Shown here: positions 18,699 through 27,461 of the stretch, piece by piece
How positions within the stretch are numbered: the first letter of the stretch is position 1
How the letters are laid out: each line of letters begins with the position of its first letter
Origin: an uncultured Bacteroidota bacterium
GTDB lineage: Bacteria; Bacteroidota; Ignavibacteria; UBA10030; UBA6906
NCBI GenBank assembly: GCA_963700635.1
Contig: CAVOYH010000003.1
Location: 1,472,001-1,536,000 of the forward strand
Direction: 5' to 3'
Length of the DNA: 64,000 nt
Program-made: the position numbers and the translations under genes
Notes under the pieces: model-generated
What the model was told of the DNA's origin: nothing
The model's input: only the letters and a program-made list of their open reading frames with translations
Databases searched by the model: none

Positions 18699-19046
18699 AT
18701 GATTTGCTCGGTCAAGAAATACACGGTACGGCCAGCAGGGCTCCTGCTCGTTGCTCTCTTTGCCATATCCCTGGTCTGGTGCCCGGACGTCGCCTGTTGG
18801 ACAGGTGGCGGCGATGACCAGTGCACCTCCTTGGTCTGCGCATTTCTCGCCAAGGAGGCCGATACAAGCCAGGGCCAGAGCAACAATCTCTCAACCGATT
18901 GCGTTTGCATCTGCCACATGCCGGCGGTTTCTGGCTCGGCTCTGGACGCCGGATGTTCTCCGACTGCCCAGGACGTCCGATTCGATCCCCCAATTCCCAT
19001 CCCTGCCTCACCAGTCCGGTTAATCGACCAGCCTCCGAAAGCGTAA
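18699..19046 (+). CDS. Cys/His-rich upstream ORF (DUF2946/CzcI-like) preceding the efflux operon
   Basis: Hydrophobic N-terminus; CVCICH motif; C-terminal IDQPPKA; start codon uncertain. Confidence 0.65.
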   Translation: MICSVKKYTVRPAGLLLVALFAISLVWCPDVACWTGGGDDQCTSLVCAFLAKEADTSQGQSNNLSTDCVCICHMPAVSGSALDAGCSPTAQDVRFDPPIPIPASPVRLIDQPPKA

Positions 19047-19120
19047 CTCCTCCGTTTTCCCTCCCGATTTCTCGGGACCCCTAGTTCATAGATTCTGAAA
19101 TCGGCACAGCGAGGCCCGCC

Positions 19121-20374
19121 GTGGTGAGACTATTATCACTCGGGGGAATGCTCTTTCTGGTCTGCCATGCATTCACACTTTCTCAGACCAACGAAAGACT
19201 CTCCCTCAAAGAAGCTATTACAGTAGCATTACATGCTAATCCGGAGGTCATAGGTGCCCGACGCGGCATTGACGCCGCTCAGGGACGCTTCTGGCGAGGG
19301 ATATCACCGCCTCCCCCATCACTTTCCTGGAACTACGATTACATTCCGACCGGGAGCAGTATTAGTGGTTACAGCGAGCGCAAAATCGAGATCACACAGT
19401 CAATCGATTTCCCCACAACCATTGTCCTCCGCGGTTCTTCTCTCTCATCCGAGACGGATGCCGCTGACGCCGACTACCGTTACACTTCACTGGCCGTAAC
19501 GCTGCAGGTGAAGGAAGCCTACTTCGGGCTTCTCGCAAGGGAAAAGAGGCTCGGCCTTGCGGAGGAGAACCTCACGATAGCCGATGACTTTGCACGCAAG
19601 GCTGAGATTCGGCACAACGTCGGTGAGGGTACAAACCTGGAATGGCTGACCGCAAAAGTGCAGCGGACGCAGGCACGGAATGCCGTTGAGACCGCCCGGA
19701 ACGAATTGCGGGTAGCGACAGGTGTGCTCAACCTCGCTCTCGGCCGTGGGAAGAACGACACGAGCGGAGCTTTCATTCTGACGGACAGCCTTGCGTATCG
19801 ACCTGCCTCATTCGCCCTGGAGTCAATTGTGGAGGAGGCGTACAGGTCGAATCCCCGGGTCCAGTCTGCGTCGTTCAGAGTCAGCGCCGCCTCGGTGAAT
19901 CGCACAATCGCCTGGTCGAGCATCCTGCCGAGTCTGTCCGTATCGTACTCTCATCAGGCGCTGGCGGGAAATTCTAATCTCTACGGGATGGCGTTGGGCA
20001 TCTCTCTGCCCATCTGGTTTCTGTTCGACCAGCGGGGACAAGTTGAGGAAGCGGCGGCGACATACGCCAGGGCAGAATCCGACCTCCTTGCCAGGCAGAA
20101 CTTCGTCATTCAGGATGTAAAGAACTCATACTTGGAGTTCACCAACGATGAACGCCAGGTGCAGCTCTACTTGAGTGATTTGTTGCCGCAGGTTCAGGAG
20201 GTCTATCGGTCAGCAGCAACGAGTTACGAGGCGGGGGAAATATCCTATCTCGAGTTTCTCCAGGCAAGACAAACCTTGATCTCCGTCCGTTCGGGCTACA
20301 TCGACGCCTTATTCCACTACAATGCTGCTCTGGCTCGATTGGAGAAGTCGGTCGGGCGGTCGCTAGTCGACTGA
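19121..20374 (+). CDS. czcC: TolC/CzcC outer-membrane efflux protein
   Basis: LSLKEAITVALHANP; GISLPIW; YEAGEISYLEFLQARQ OEP motifs. Confidence 0.9.
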   Translation: MVRLLSLGGMLFLVCHAFTLSQTNERLSLKEAITVALHANPEVIGARRGIDAAQGRFWRGISPPPPSLSWNYDYIPTGSSISGYSERKIEITQSIDFPTTIVLRGSSLSSETDAADADYRYTSLAVTLQVKEAYFGLLAREKRLGLAEENLTIADDFARKAEIRHNVGEGTNLEWLTAKVQRTQARNAVETARNELRVATGVLNLALGRGKNDTSGAFILTDSLAYRPASFALESIVEEAYRSNPRVQSASFRVSAASVNRTIAWSSILPSLSVSYSHQALAGNSNLYGMALGISLPIWFLFDQRGQVEEAAATYARAESDLLARQNFVIQDVKNSYLEFTNDERQVQLYLSDLLPQVQEVYRSAATSYEAGEISYLEFLQARQTLISVRSGYIDALFHYNAALARLEKSVGRSLVD

Positions 20375-20405
20375 TATTCACATTCATTACGAGAAATCAA
20401 CGATC

Positions 20406-21602
20406 ATGAATAGACTGACAGCTTCTTGTTTCGCGCTTTCCTGGGCGATAGCGCTCGCGCTGACCGGATGTGCCGGCGATCAGGAGCAGAAAGAGCCCGC
20501 AGAGTCAGAGCCTCAAAGCGGGAAGGCACACATTCTAAGACTGACGGCCGATATGGCAGCGGAGATCGGTGTGACAACCTCCGTGGCTGAAGTTCAACCG
20601 ATCGTTGGCCAGATGACCATTCCGGCAAGACTACTCCCGAATCAGGATTTCGAAGCGCAGGTTGGCTCGCTCGTTTCAGGCAGAGTGCGGGAGGTCTTTG
20701 TCCAGGTAGGGGACTTCGTAAAAGCAGAGCAGGAGCTCATGCACATCGAAGGCCTCGAAGTCGGAGAAATAAAGTCCAAGTTCATCAAGGCAAAAGCACA
20801 GTTGAAGTTTGCTGAGGCGAACTACGAACGGCAGAAAACCCTCGTAGAGCAGAAAGTCGGTTCGCAGAAGGCTTTCCTCGAGGCCCAGTCGGAGTACGAC
20901 AAGGCTCAGGCGGAATTTAATGCGGAGGACAAGAGGATTCACTCCATCGGGCTTGCCGACGAGGACCTGCTGACATTCGTCGAGCACGCATCACTCCAGA
21001 AGAACGATCACAGCGGTGGCGTGCTCCCCATCAAAGCCCCGATCGCAGGAACCGTAGTTGAACGAAACGTCGTCATCGGTCAGTTCGTCGATGCTTCGAC
21101 GACCGCATTCAGAATCGTGAATACTTCCTCGCTTTGGGCCGATGGGCAGGTGTACGAAAGGGATGTTCCTGCGCTTTCGGGAAAGCCGGACGTCACACTT
21201 ACCGTCACCGCATTTCCGGGCGAAGAGGTCCCCGGGAAGGTCATCTACGTATCGCCCGTTGTGGATGAACGTACCCGCACAATCACGATCCGGGCATCGA
21301 TCCCCAACCGCGATGGAAGGCTGAAGCCCCAGATGTTCGGCGAGCTTCACGTCCCGATCGGCGGAAGTGCAAAAGGACTCTTCATCCCGGCCGAATCCAT
21401 CCAGAAAGAGAACGAGGAAACGTACCTCTTTGTTGCCACAAGCGACACCACCTTTGAACGACGAGAGGTCACGCTCGGAGTGATGTTTGACTCGCTGGTT
21501 GAAGTGAAGAAGGGACTCACGCCCGGAGAGAAGGTCGTGACGAAGGGATCTTTCCAGCTAAAGTCCGAGTTGATGAAGGAAACACTTGAGGGAGGAGAAT
21601 AG
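20406..21602 (+). CDS. czcB: Membrane fusion protein (CzcB/CusB type)
   Basis: Lipobox LTGC; IKAPIAGTVVERNV; VDERTRTITIR; GLTPGEKVVTKGSF. Confidence 0.9.
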   Translation: MNRLTASCFALSWAIALALTGCAGDQEQKEPAESEPQSGKAHILRLTADMAAEIGVTTSVAEVQPIVGQMTIPARLLPNQDFEAQVGSLVSGRVREVFVQVGDFVKAEQELMHIEGLEVGEIKSKFIKAKAQLKFAEANYERQKTLVEQKVGSQKAFLEAQSEYDKAQAEFNAEDKRIHSIGLADEDLLTFVEHASLQKNDHSGGVLPIKAPIAGTVVERNVVIGQFVDASTTAFRIVNTSSLWADGQVYERDVPALSGKPDVTLTVTAFPGEEVPGKVIYVSPVVDERTRTITIRASIPNRDGRLKPQMFGELHVPIGGSAKGLFIPAESIQKENEETYLFVATSDTTFERREVTLGVMFDSLVEVKKGLTPGEKVVTKGSFQLKSELMKETLEGGE

Positions 21603-21604
21603 CC

Positions 21605-24600
21605 ATGCTGGAACGGCTCATTGCACTCACGCTCAAGCAGAGGACCTTTGTGTTATTGGCTGTCGCCATCATGACGGTGCTCGGGATCCATTCGTATCTG
21701 ACGATCCCGATTGACGCTTTTCCCGATGTCTCCAATATTCAAGTGGAGATCCTGAGCACCGCGCCTGGTCTCTCCGCCCTGGAAATCGAGCGATTCGTTA
21801 CGTTCCCCATTGAAATGTCAATGCGGGGTCTCCCGGATGTCGTACAGATGCGGTCGATAACGAAGTTCGGTCTCTCCGTCGTCACGATAGTCTTTGAGGA
21901 CGACGTCGACATCTACTTCGCCCGTCAACTCGTCTTCGAGAGACTGGAGGAAGCGAGGTCGAATGTGCCACGTGGCGTGGAAGTCGCCATGGGGCCTATT
22001 GCCACCGCCATGGGTGAGATCTACCAGTATACGCTTGAAATCCCGATGCCTGACGATTCCGCGGGGCGGGCACGCCAGCTGACGGACCTTCGAACGCTGC
22101 AAGAGTGGGTGGTGACACCCCTACTGAAGAGCGTCCCTGGCGTGAATGAGATCAACTCGTTCGGGGGATACTTCAAGCAGTATCAGGTTGTCGTGAAGCC
22201 GGGGAGACTGCTCGCCTATGATCTCACGCTCGATGCGGTCTATAGGGCAATCGAAGAGAACAATCAGAACGTCGGCGGGAACGTGGTTGATCGCTACGCC
22301 GAACAGTACATCGTGCGCGGAGTGGGGCTCGTGAAGTCTGAAGATGATCTCCGGAACATTGTCCTGCGTTCTGCCAACGGGACTCCGGTCTTTGTCCGTG
22401 ACGTCGCCGAGGTAAATGTGGGACAGGCCGTTCGTCAGGGCGCTGCACTCATCGATGGCAATCGTGAAGTCGTCGGCGGCATCGTGATGATGTTGCGGGG
22501 GGAGAACAGCCGCGTTGTCGTCGAGCGGGTGAAAGAGAAGGTTGACGAGATAAACGAGAATAACATACTTCCGGAAGGTATAAAGATCGTCCCGTATTAC
22601 GACCGGTCCGATATTGTTAGGAGCAGCATCGGGACGGTGACCAGGGCTTTGATCGAAGGATCGGTGTTGGTGGTCATCATTCTGTATCTGATGCTCCGGA
22701 GTTTCCGTGGCGCCCTGGTGGTCATTATCGCCTTGCCGTTGTCGCTCCTGCTTACCTTCATCGTCATGAAGGGCACAGGGTTGAACGCTAACCTCATGTC
22801 GTTAGGTGGGCTGGCGATCTCGATCGGAATGATCATTGATGCGACGATCATTCAGGTGGAAAACGTCCAGCGGCATCTCAGTGGCTCTGGAGGTTCCGAC
22901 CATAAACTCGCCACCGTATTGAAGGCCGTGCTTGAGGTTCGCAAGCCCAGCATCTTCGGCGAGATCATCATAGCGACGACGTTCATTCCAATTCTCGCTC
23001 TCGAAGGATTAGAGGGCAAGATGTTTGCCCCGCTGGCTCTTACGGTGGCCACTGCGTTGCTCTCTTCCCTTCTGCTCTCGATCTTCGTCATACCGGTGTT
23101 CTGTGCCCTGGTACTGAAGCCGGGTGCCGAGAAGGAGAGTGTGGTGATGCGCTGGGCAAAGAGGATATACGCTCCCCTTCTCGATTGGGCAATGCAGAAG
23201 AAGAGACTCGTACTTTCGTTGGCAACGGTGCTGCTCACCGCCGCACTCGCGGTATTCCCGTTTCTCGGCACGGAGTTCATGCCGGTTATGGATGAAGGCG
23301 CTTTCGATATGGACGTGCAGCTTCTTCCGGGCATCTCGCTGGCCAAGTCGCTGGAAATCACCAACCTTGTGGAGAAGAAGCTGAAGAATTTTCCTGAACT
23401 CGTCACGGTCGTCTCCCGGACGGGGCAAACCGGTGTCGCCCTCGAAGCAAGGGGGATCGACAAGACCGGATTCACTGGCATATTTCAGCCCAGGTCAGAG
23501 TGGAAGACGACTCGGGATCGGGACGAAATGATCGACAGGATGCGCAGCGAGATCTCGCGCATTCCCGGGCTGGCTTTCAGTTTCAGCCAACCGATCCAGT
23601 GTCGCATCGATGAGCTCGTGGCCGGCACCCGTGCACAGCTAATCATCAAGCTGTTTGGCGACAATATGGAAGTGCTGAAGACCAAAGCAGATGAGATTGG
23701 ACGGGTCGTTGGTCAAATTGGGGGGACGGCAGATCTCGTGGTTGAACGCATCGCAGGCCAGCCGTACCTTACGATCGATATCGACAGAAACAAGATTGCG
23801 CGACATGGACTGAACGTGAGCGATGTCCAGAGGGTAATCGAAATCGCTGTTGGTGGCAAAGCCGCGACACAGCTCTACGAAGAAAACAGGTCGTTTGACG
23901 TGACGCTGCGGTACCCCGTTGAGTATCGGAATTCCGTCGAATCGATCAGTAACACACTTGTCGCTACAAGCCATGGGTATAATGTTCCCCTGAACCAAGT
24001 CGCCGAGATCGCCGTCGTCGAAGGCCCGGTACAGGTGAGCCGGGAAGATGGGTTGCGCCGCATTGGTATCGAGATCAACATTCAGGATCGGGACATTGGC
24101 AGCTATGTCGCAGAGGCGAAGGAGTTGATTCGAAAGAACGTCTCATTCCCTCCGGGCTACTACACAACATGGGGTGGACAGTTCGAAAACCAGCAGCGTG
24201 CAATGAACAAATTGATGATCATTGGTCCGGTTGCAATAGGACTGGTTCTTCTCCTCCTTTTCGTGACGTTCAGATCATTACGGCTGGCCCTTCTTGTGCT
24301 AACAAATCTTCCGTTTGCTCTTATTGGGGGGGTGTTTGCGTTGTTCATATCGGGACTCTACTTGTCGGTTCCAGCCTCCGTTGGGTTCATCGTCTTGTTC
24401 GGCGTCGCTGTGTTGAACGGTGTGGTCCTTGTCTCGCATATCTCCCAACTTCGGCAGGAAGGTATCCCGGTGAAGGATGCGGTGATTCGGGGAAGTCATG
24501 ACCGTTTGCGGCCGGTGCTGATGACAGCTTCAATAGCCATTTTCAGCTTGATCCCGATGTTGTACGCTACTGGACCTGGCTCCGAAGTTCAACGGCCCCT

Positions 24601-24709
24601 GGCAACAGTCGTAGTAGGGGGACTCATCACCTCGACATTCCTTACCCTGGTCGTTCTCCCCGCGCTCTATCAGTGGTTTGAACGAAGGGAACTTGAAGCA
24701 GAACTGTGA
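21605..24709 (+). CDS. czcA: CusA/CzcA heavy-metal RND pump
   Basis: IPIDAFPDVSNIQV; ANLMSLGGLAI; RLRPVLMTA; PLATVVVGG; 1034 aa. Confidence 0.95.
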   Translation: MLERLIALTLKQRTFVLLAVAIMTVLGIHSYLTIPIDAFPDVSNIQVEILSTAPGLSALEIERFVTFPIEMSMRGLPDVVQMRSITKFGLSVVTIVFEDDVDIYFARQLVFERLEEARSNVPRGVEVAMGPIATAMGEIYQYTLEIPMPDDSAGRARQLTDLRTLQEWVVTPLLKSVPGVNEINSFGGYFKQYQVVVKPGRLLAYDLTLDAVYRAIEENNQNVGGNVVDRYAEQYIVRGVGLVKSEDDLRNIVLRSANGTPVFVRDVAEVNVGQAVRQGAALIDGNREVVGGIVMMLRGENSRVVVERVKEKVDEINENNILPEGIKIVPYYDRSDIVRSSIGTVTRALIEGSVLVVIILYLMLRSFRGALVVIIALPLSLLLTFIVMKGTGLNANLMSLGGLAISIGMIIDATIIQVENVQRHLSGSGGSDHKLATVLKAVLEVRKPSIFGEIIIATTFIPILALEGLEGKMFAPLALTVATALLSSLLLSIFVIPVFCALVLKPGAEKESVVMRWAKRIYAPLLDWAMQKKRLVLSLATVLLTAALAVFPFLGTEFMPVMDEGAFDMDVQLLPGISLAKSLEITNLVEKKLKNFPELVTVVSRTGQTGVALEARGIDKTGFTGIFQPRSEWKTTRDRDEMIDRMRSEISRIPGLAFSFSQPIQCRIDELVAGTRAQLIIKLFGDNMEVLKTKADEIGRVVGQIGGTADLVVERIAGQPYLTIDIDRNKIARHGLNVSDVQRVIEIAVGGKAATQLYEENRSFDVTLRYPVEYRNSVESISNTLVATSHGYNVPLNQVAEIAVVEGPVQVSREDGLRRIGIEINIQDRDIGSYVAEAKELIRKNVSFPPGYYTTWGGQFENQQRAMNKLMIIGPVAIGLVLLLLFVTFRSLRLALLVLTNLPFALIGGVFALFISGLYLSVPASVGFIVLFGVAVLNGVVLVSHISQLRQEGIPVKDAVIRGSHDRLRPVLMTASIAIFSLIPMLYATGPGSEVQRPLATVVVGGLITSTFLTLVVLPALYQWFERRELEAEL

Positions 24710-24727
24710 CAATCCGGAGACACGACG

Positions 24728-25072
24728 ATGAAAGAGATCAAGGCGATCATTCAACCCTTCAAACGATCTGCTGTGATCGATGCATTGAAGCAGATCGGGG
24801 GGCTTCCGGGAATGACCGTGGATGAGCACGTTCACGGTTTTGGGAAATCAAGCGGTGAAAGCTGGGAACAGAGGAGCAACGTTGACCTTATCGACTATGT
24901 CGCAATGGTAAAACTGGAAATCGTCGTGCCTGACACCATGGTCGAGAGCGTCATCAGTGCGATCCAGGAGAGCGCACACACGGGCAACCCTGGCGATGGT
25001 AAGATCCTTGTTTATGACGTACAGGAAGTCGTGAAGATCCGATCGAACGAACGGGGCGAATGGGCAATATAG
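24728..25072 (+). CDS. P-II family signal protein (metal-efflux-associated type)
   Basis: MKEIKAIIQPFK..TGNPGDGKILV..VKIRSNERGEWAI; T-loop diverges from GlnB/GlnK. Confidence 0.9.
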   Translation: MKEIKAIIQPFKRSAVIDALKQIGGLPGMTVDEHVHGFGKSSGESWEQRSNVDLIDYVAMVKLEIVVPDTMVESVISAIQESAHTGNPGDGKILVYDVQEVVKIRSNERGEWAI

Positions 25073-25080
25073 GAAATCGA

Positions 25081-25561
25081 GTGAATCAGGATAAGGATCA
25101 GTCGCACGGGTCACGCAGCTATTCCAGGGCTTTTGGTCTCGGAATAGGGCTTAACCTCGCCTACGTCATCGCTGAAGCCGGCTTCGGCATTGCTGTAAAC
25201 TCTGCCGCGTTGCTTGCTGATGCGGGCCACAATTTTGGTGATGTGCTGGGGCTTGCTGAGGGATTCGTTCCATCTCTCAATGGATGCTGTACCAAAGGCT
25301 GTGGTCCTTGACGAAGTGCGGGAATACCTGGGAGGGCTTGAAGGAGTTGCAGAGGTCCACGACATTCATGTCTGGGCAATAGGTACAACGCAGATAGCAC
25401 TCACTGCCCATCTGGTTGTCCCGATGGGATCGCCTGGCCGCGATGAGAGGCTTCTTGCCAGCAGCGCGATGGGCTTACGGAGCAAGTTCGGAATTGCTCA
25501 TTCCACAATCCAAATTGAGACCTCCGGTCAGGGAGGCGCATGTAAGGATGCGAACGTGTGA
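25081..25561 (+). pseudogene. CDF (CzcD-like) cation transporter with large internal deletion and frameshift
   Basis: N-terminal ALLADAGHNFGDVLG joins out of frame to C-terminal WGLLRDSFHLSMDAVP..EVHDIHVW..ALTAHLVV. Confidence 0.88.
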
Positions 25562-25718
25562 GCTGATTGTTGACACGTTCGTGAGCGGCATTCAACTTAC
25601 CGAGCCTCCTCGTGGCACTTCTCGGAATCGATGAGCAGAAGGTGTGGCAACCACAGGCACGGTGCTATTTGAGACCAGTGCCACTTAAGGACCAGCTGGG
25701 GAATTCGTTGACAGGATA

Positions 25719-25760
25719 GAAAACGCGAAAGGGATTCCGAAATCACCGATATCCCTTCGC
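25719..25760 (-). terminator. Terminator-like hairpin downstream of tRNA-Leu
   Basis: GCGAAAGGGAT...ATCCCTTCGC imperfect stem with a T-tract on the minus strand. Confidence 0.6.
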
Positions 25761-25770
25761 ACAGCTGCTG

Positions 25771-25854
25771 TGCCCGGAACAGGACTTGAACCTGCACGAC
25801 CTTGCGGCCACTAGCTCCTGAAGCTAGCGCGTCTGCCAATTTCGCCATCCGGGC
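25771..25854 (-). tRNA. tRNA-Leu(CAG), CCA not encoded
   Basis: GCCCGGATGGCGAAATTGGCAGACGCGCTAGCTTCAGGAGCTAGTGGCCGCAAGGTCGTGCAGGTTCAAGTCCTGTTCCGGGCA; long variable arm. Confidence 0.97.
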
Positions 25855-25937
25855 AATTCAACCACGCAACTCAAAGAACACGATCAGTTTCGACTTGATT
25901 CAGGATCTTCTTCAAGAACTCCCCGCCATCTCGAAAA

Positions 25938-25995
25938 CCTGAAGCTAGCGCGCCTGCCTGCCGGCAGGCAGGTCTGCCAATTTCGCCATCCGGGC
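25938..25995 (-). pseudogene. 5' half of tRNA-Leu interrupted by a 20-bp palindrome
   Basis: Identical to 25817-25854 apart from CCTGCCTGCCGGCAGGCAGG inserted at 25953-25972. Confidence 0.9.
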
Positions 25996-26019
25996 AAGCA
26001 GTAACTCCTACAACCCTCC

Positions 26020-26048
26020 AATATACCAGAAACCGCTGAACATTTCAA
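26020..26048 (-). promoter_or_regulatory. sigma70-type promoter for the tRNA-Leu locus
   Basis: TTGAAA-17 nt-TATATT on the minus strand. Confidence 0.75.
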
Positions 26049-26158
26049 GGAAGAAATCTACCACCATTTCGGTTTTCTCCTTGCGAATATGCAAGGGCGA
26101 TGCGACATTAGAAGCAGAGATCTTCGATCGCCCCACGCACGACAAGAGGGAATCCCCG

Positions 26159-26848
26159 GTGACACACCCCGCCCTCAAGAGCCAAGCCCTTTCGTACGAT
26201 GCCCCAAAGCTGCGGCGATGGATCGTCGCCATCCTCCTCCTGCAGTCCCTTCTTCCCGGCTGCAAAGACGACAGCACAGCGGAGTCTGATGACCCCATGC
26301 CAGAAGGAGATATCGTCCTCGACGTGTTGTTCGCCGATGTGCAGGAGTTCAAGTATATTTTCCCCGGCTTCGCCTGCAGCGATACCTCCGGAGCTCCCTG
26401 GGGGTTCGCCCACCTGGGAACCGACGTCATCGCCGCTCAAAGCGGGGCGCGCGTGCTCGCTCCGGCAGATGGAACGGTCGAAGAAGTCAATGTCTACATG
26501 AACCCCAGAAATAACCAGTGGCAGGTAAACGTCCGCGTCCGTTACAACAGCACGTTTGTCTACCATGTCCTGTTCGAACCACGTGCACCATCGGAATCGG
26601 AGAATGCACTGCAACGATCAGCTATCCCGATCTCCCCTGGACAGAAGGTCCACAAGGGAGACCTTCTCGGACGCCAGCTGGACCTCTCGCACGGCGACCT
26701 GAGCGCCGGCGAAGCCGGGATTCACTTCGACGTCTGGAAGGGTAACGACAATATCTGCCCGCAACCCTACTTCACGGCAAATGCACTCGCTCAAATGATG
26801 AATCTGCTCCATGCAAAATTCCCAAACGCAAGCCTCTGCTACCCATAA
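26159..26848 (+). CDS. Lipoprotein with M23 peptidase-like (rudiment hybrid) fold
   Basis: Lipobox LLPGC; AHLGTDV (HxxxD); VLAPADGTV; GQKVHKGDLLG; GIHFDV lacks the first His of HxH. Confidence 0.7.
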   Translation: MTHPALKSQALSYDAPKLRRWIVAILLLQSLLPGCKDDSTAESDDPMPEGDIVLDVLFADVQEFKYIFPGFACSDTSGAPWGFAHLGTDVIAAQSGARVLAPADGTVEEVNVYMNPRNNQWQVNVRVRYNSTFVYHVLFEPRAPSESENALQRSAIPISPGQKVHKGDLLGRQLDLSHGDLSAGEAGIHFDVWKGNDNICPQPYFTANALAQMMNLLHAKFPNASLCYP

Positions 26849-26924
26849 CAATACTCCGCTGATGCACCATGCCGACACCCGCCTCTGCGGCAGGGCCAGC
26901 GGCCAAACTCCTCAAGGAGGAACC

Positions 26925-27413
26925 ATGTTCACACGCACACGACCTCTTCACCTCACCATCATGCTTCCCCTCCTCTGCCTGAGTATTGTGCTACCCCGGT
27001 CCGCTACGGCAAAAGACCCGATCAAAGGGTTTATCGATAGCTTCGGCTACGGCTATGACGTGAAGGTCTCCATCAACGGGACGCCCATGGCAGTCATCAA
27101 GGGGAAAGGGCAACAGGCAACACGGCTCTTTTCCGCCGATCACCCGATGAAAAAGGATGCGGCGCCGGAGCAGCAGAGTATCTTCATCCTGAAAGAAGGA
27201 GAGAATACCATTACGGTAGAGTTCCGGAAGCTGGAAGAATCAGGGACCGCTCTCGAAATAAGGCTGGAGATCCCCGATCGCTGTTCCAAACCGCTGTTTC
27301 ACTTGAAAAGCGCGACGGCGAAGAGCGGTACGCTTGAGAGGAAATTCCTCATCGAAAAGAAGATGCCGAAGAAGTTCAAGACGATCGAGGTAAACGACGA
27401 TATGCTGAAGTAA
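26925..27413 (+). CDS. Exported hypothetical protein
   Basis: AAGGAGG RBS; signal peptide; beta-sandwich-like VKVSING..LKEGENTITVEF. Confidence 0.7.
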   Translation: MFTRTRPLHLTIMLPLLCLSIVLPRSATAKDPIKGFIDSFGYGYDVKVSINGTPMAVIKGKGQQATRLFSADHPMKKDAAPEQQSIFILKEGENTITVEFRKLEESGTALEIRLEIPDRCSKPLFHLKSATAKSGTLERKFLIEKKMPKKFKTIEVNDDMLK

Positions 27414-27461
27414 CGGGCCGGACCATCGGGACGGTTCCGGCCGGGGGCAGAATCTGGAATG

